From an uncultured Armatimonadetes bacterium (lineage in GTDB: Bacteria > Armatimonadota > UBA5829), in contig CAVQDB010000005.1 in NCBI GenBank assembly GCA_963711155.1, forward strand, positions 2,346,382 to 2,410,381: a DNA stretch of 64,000 nt, given 5' to 3'. Below, one piece after another: positions 61,127 through 64,000 of the stretch. The stretch's first letter is position 1, and the number at the start of each line of letters is the position of its first letter. The notes beneath the pieces were generated by a model, which was not told the DNA's origin, made no database searches, and saw nothing but the letters and a program-made list of their open reading frames with translations. A program made the translations under genes and the position numbers.

Positions 61127-64000
61127 TCAGTGTCCACTCCTTGCCAAGACTGTCGGCGCGTTCCAGGCAGATACGTTCATAGTGATATCTAACAGCTTCG
61201 CGACCGGCGGCTTGGTGACCGGGTCCAGGCCCTTCATGTCCAGCTTGACCGTGCCCGTGATGTCCTTGGTTTCGCCGGGAAGCAGCCAGAAGAAGCTGTC
61301 GCTCCAGATACTGGTGTAGGCGTCAGGCTCGACCGCGATCTTGACGGGGAACGCCGGGGCCTTGCCCGTGTTCGTGATGCGGACGGTGATCCTGGCCTCG
61401 TTGCCGCCGCGCTTGGCGCTCACGAGTCTGGCATCCAACTGCGTGGGCTGAGACTCGACCTGCGGCTTGAGCCAGGGGCCGGTCTTGCAGATTGGGTCGG
61501 TGGCCGGCTTCGATTGCCACGCCTTACGGGCGGCCGGATCAGCCAGCGACTTGAGCACCTTCATCCAGTAGACCTGCCGCGAGAGCCGCTTGCCGCTGGC
61601 GTCCGACAGAGTGACTTCCAGCCAGAAATAGCTCTCGGGCGTGCCGGCGGGTATCGGCCAGGATAGATCACTGCCCTTGCTGCGATAGCCTTTGGCGGGA
61701 ACGTCCACGTCCCAGCGCCACGTCTTGACGGACTTGAACTGCCTGTCCAGCACACGCGCGCTGATCTTCGCTCCCTTGATGGGCGCGACGTCGTCGTTGA
61801 TCGCCCAGACAGAGGCCTTGAACGTGTCGCCCGGACCCCAGAAGAACCAGTTCGTGTTCGCGACGACGTGGACTGGTTCGTTTGCCCGCTTCATCGCATA
61901 GTAGGCGATCAGCGGCTGCCCGAACCAGTCGATGAGGTCCCACGAGCTTGCCGGCTGCGGGATGTTGTAGGTCCAGAAGGTCTCGCCGCCCTTGTAGGGG
62001 AACTGCGAGCGCCAGTGCTCCATCACGTAACCCACGGTCTGCGCATGGCCCATCTGGGAGGTACTCGCTGAGGTCCGCCACGCTCGCCTTGGCAAGATCG
62101 CCGTACCAGGAGGCCTTCATGAAGTTGAACGGCGCAAGTCCGGGTTCGGCGTAACGCTCGACGTTGATGGTCGGGTGCGAGTTCTTGAACGCGTCGAAGT
62201 CATATCCCACCGGCCCGCGCTCAAGCTCCTCCTTGGGGATGATCCGCTTCAGGCAGGAGTAGTTGTTGTAGGCATAGATCGACCACTCGCTGATGAAGTT
62301 GGCGCCTTCATCCCAGATCCTGGGATACCAGTTCGGGTCACCGGTCCAGACATCGGGGATGATGTAGGCGTGGAACGTGCCGCCACCGGTGCTGCCTACG
62401 CGGTCACAGCCGGGCGACGACATGCGCATCGGACGGTTGTCATACGAGTCGAATATCTCCCGGGCGAGGCCGAGATAAGGCCCCAAGCCGAGGCCGTAGG
62501 GGTTGAACTCGTTGCCGCCGCAGTAGATGGCCAGCGACGGATGCTGCCGGATTCGCAGCACGCTCTGGGTCAACTGGTCGCGCCAGGTCGGGATCGACGA
62601 CGCGTGACCGCCGTCCCAGTTGAAGATCAGCTCCTGCCAGACCAGGATGCCGTTCTCATCGCAGAGGTTGTAGAACTGCTCGGTCTCGAACATATCGGTC
62701 CCGGCGTTGAGACGGAAGAAGTTGACGCCGGCCATCTTCGCCGCGTGGATCATCCAGGACTCGCGCTGGGGAGTCAGCATCAGAAGGTCGTCTGAGGTAA
62801 GCCACGAGACGCCCTTCGCGTAGAACGGCCGGCCGTTGACCGCGAAAAGGAAGCGGTAGGCCTCGTCCGCGTTCTCCCACGCCCAATCGAGCACTTGTCC
62901 GTCGCTGACCGTTGATGTCATCGGCGTCACGCGGCGCGGCGAGTTCGCAGACGAGGGATTGCGCTTAACTTCAAGGGTCCTTATGCCGAACCGGGTGCTG
63001 ATGCGGTCGAGTTCGGGGGCGTTGGGCGCGTCGCGGCGGATGGATAGCTCCATGCGATAGAGAGGCTGATCGCCCATACCGTTCGGCCACCAGAGGCGGG
63101 GATTGGGCAGCGTGATCGGCTGCTCCCAGTATGACCCGCCGGCCAGGAACCTCTGCTTGTAGTCGTGCTTCCAGACGACGCGGTTGTCCGGGCCCAGTAT
63201 GGTCGCACTCACGACGCCCTCGAACTCGCCCGTCGTGTTCGTGATGCAGGCCTGCGCCCAGAGGTTCGCGGAACCAGTCGAGATGGAATCCGTGCGCACG
63301 AGAGGCTCCTCGAGGTAGGCGTCGCCCGTACCGACCAGCCTCACGGATTTCCACAGCCCCATGCTCCAGTATTTGTTGCCCCAGTAGCTCATGCCCGCAG
63401 AGGATGTCCGGCTTGATGACGTCGCCCGATCTGCCCTTGCCGGCGGCGATCCGGACCATCAGTTCGTGCTCGGTACCCGGCGCGGCGTCTTCGGTGATGT
63501 CCAGCGTGGGGCCGCCGAGCATGCCCTCGTGGGTACCCATGAAGTCACCGTCGAGCCAGATGGAGCCGATGTAGTCGATCCCGTCGAACCGCAGCCTGAT
63601 CCGGCGTCCGGCCCAATCATTCGGTATCGTGAAGCGCTTGCGCAGGCACCAGTCGCGCGTCGATATCCACTGCAGCTTCTTGTTGTTGTCGGCGTACCAC
63701 GGATTGTCGATCTTGCCCGCCTCGAAGAGGGCATACTGGATCGAGTTGGGCATTGTGACGTGAATCCACTCGAAGTCAGCGGTCTCGGCGGGATCGGAGA
63801 AGGGCTTCCTGGCCTCGGCAAGCTCCCAGTCGCCGTCGAGCCTGAACTGGCGCACCGCGCTTGCAGGCCCGGTCTGCGTGCGCTCGGCAACCGGGATTGT
63901 CGAGTAGACGCGCGTCGTGGCGATGCGCTCAAGCGATGCGGCCGCGAGGGACTCCTTGTCCAGTCCTGTCTCGAGTATCGAGGCGTAGCAGCCGATGACG
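61127..64000 (-). CDS. GH2 beta-mannosidase-like glycoside hydrolase, paralog of 25623..28609; 5' end beyond the window; apparent frameshifts at 63395 and 62060
   Basis: LRFDGIDY, GLWKSVRL, RFGIRT, VNGRPFYAKG, IRQHPSL..CGGNE, FISEW, DWFGQP; the reading frame stays open to position 64000. Confidence 0.85.

Noticed and set aside
2465-63400. Programmed ribosomal frameshifting or phase variation as the cause of the split genes
   Set aside because: No slippery heptamers or long homopolymer/SSR tracts occur at the breaks, and the breaks are too many and too scattered
1-64000. rRNA, tRNA, prophage or defence genes
   Set aside because: No matching sequence features were seen

Overview
This window is a GC-rich bacterial glycan-utilisation super-locus. 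The host is most likely Armatimonadota or a similar lineage; this is inferred from a G|FTLIE + H-X9-DG prepilin-like gene and the style of the C-terminal domain on two secreted proteins. About 30 genes are present, and most encode signal-peptide-bearing carbohydrate-active-like proteins: six paralogous TIM-barrel + GH42-type trimerisation-domain enzymes (GHL6 / GH151 / GH164-like architecture), GH95, GH36-like, three GH2-like, GH99-like, several unassigned (alpha/alpha)6 barrels, an alpha/beta hydrolase and a GtaA/DUF4965-like protein. The window also holds a sodium:solute symporter and a cytoplasmic module (uronate-isomerase-like, PfkB kinase, class II aldolase, DeoR regulator, TIM-barrel sugar epimerase). 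A three-gene cassette encodes a GH99-like enzyme, a pilin-like protein and a triple-CBM protein; the two flanking proteins share a C-terminal domain. Non-coding features are a REP-like palindrome array with one in-frame copy inside a gene, a 5'-truncated IS256 remnant, several near-consensus sigma70 promoters, a recurring CGCA-N4-TGCG palindrome in promoter regions and a hairpin-dense 350-nt intergenic region. About 30 single-base frameshifts break otherwise well-conserved genes and are best explained as long-read assembly errors, so genes were rebuilt across frames by eye. No rRNA, tRNA or CRISPR array was seen. All family calls come from motif recognition only; no database search was run.
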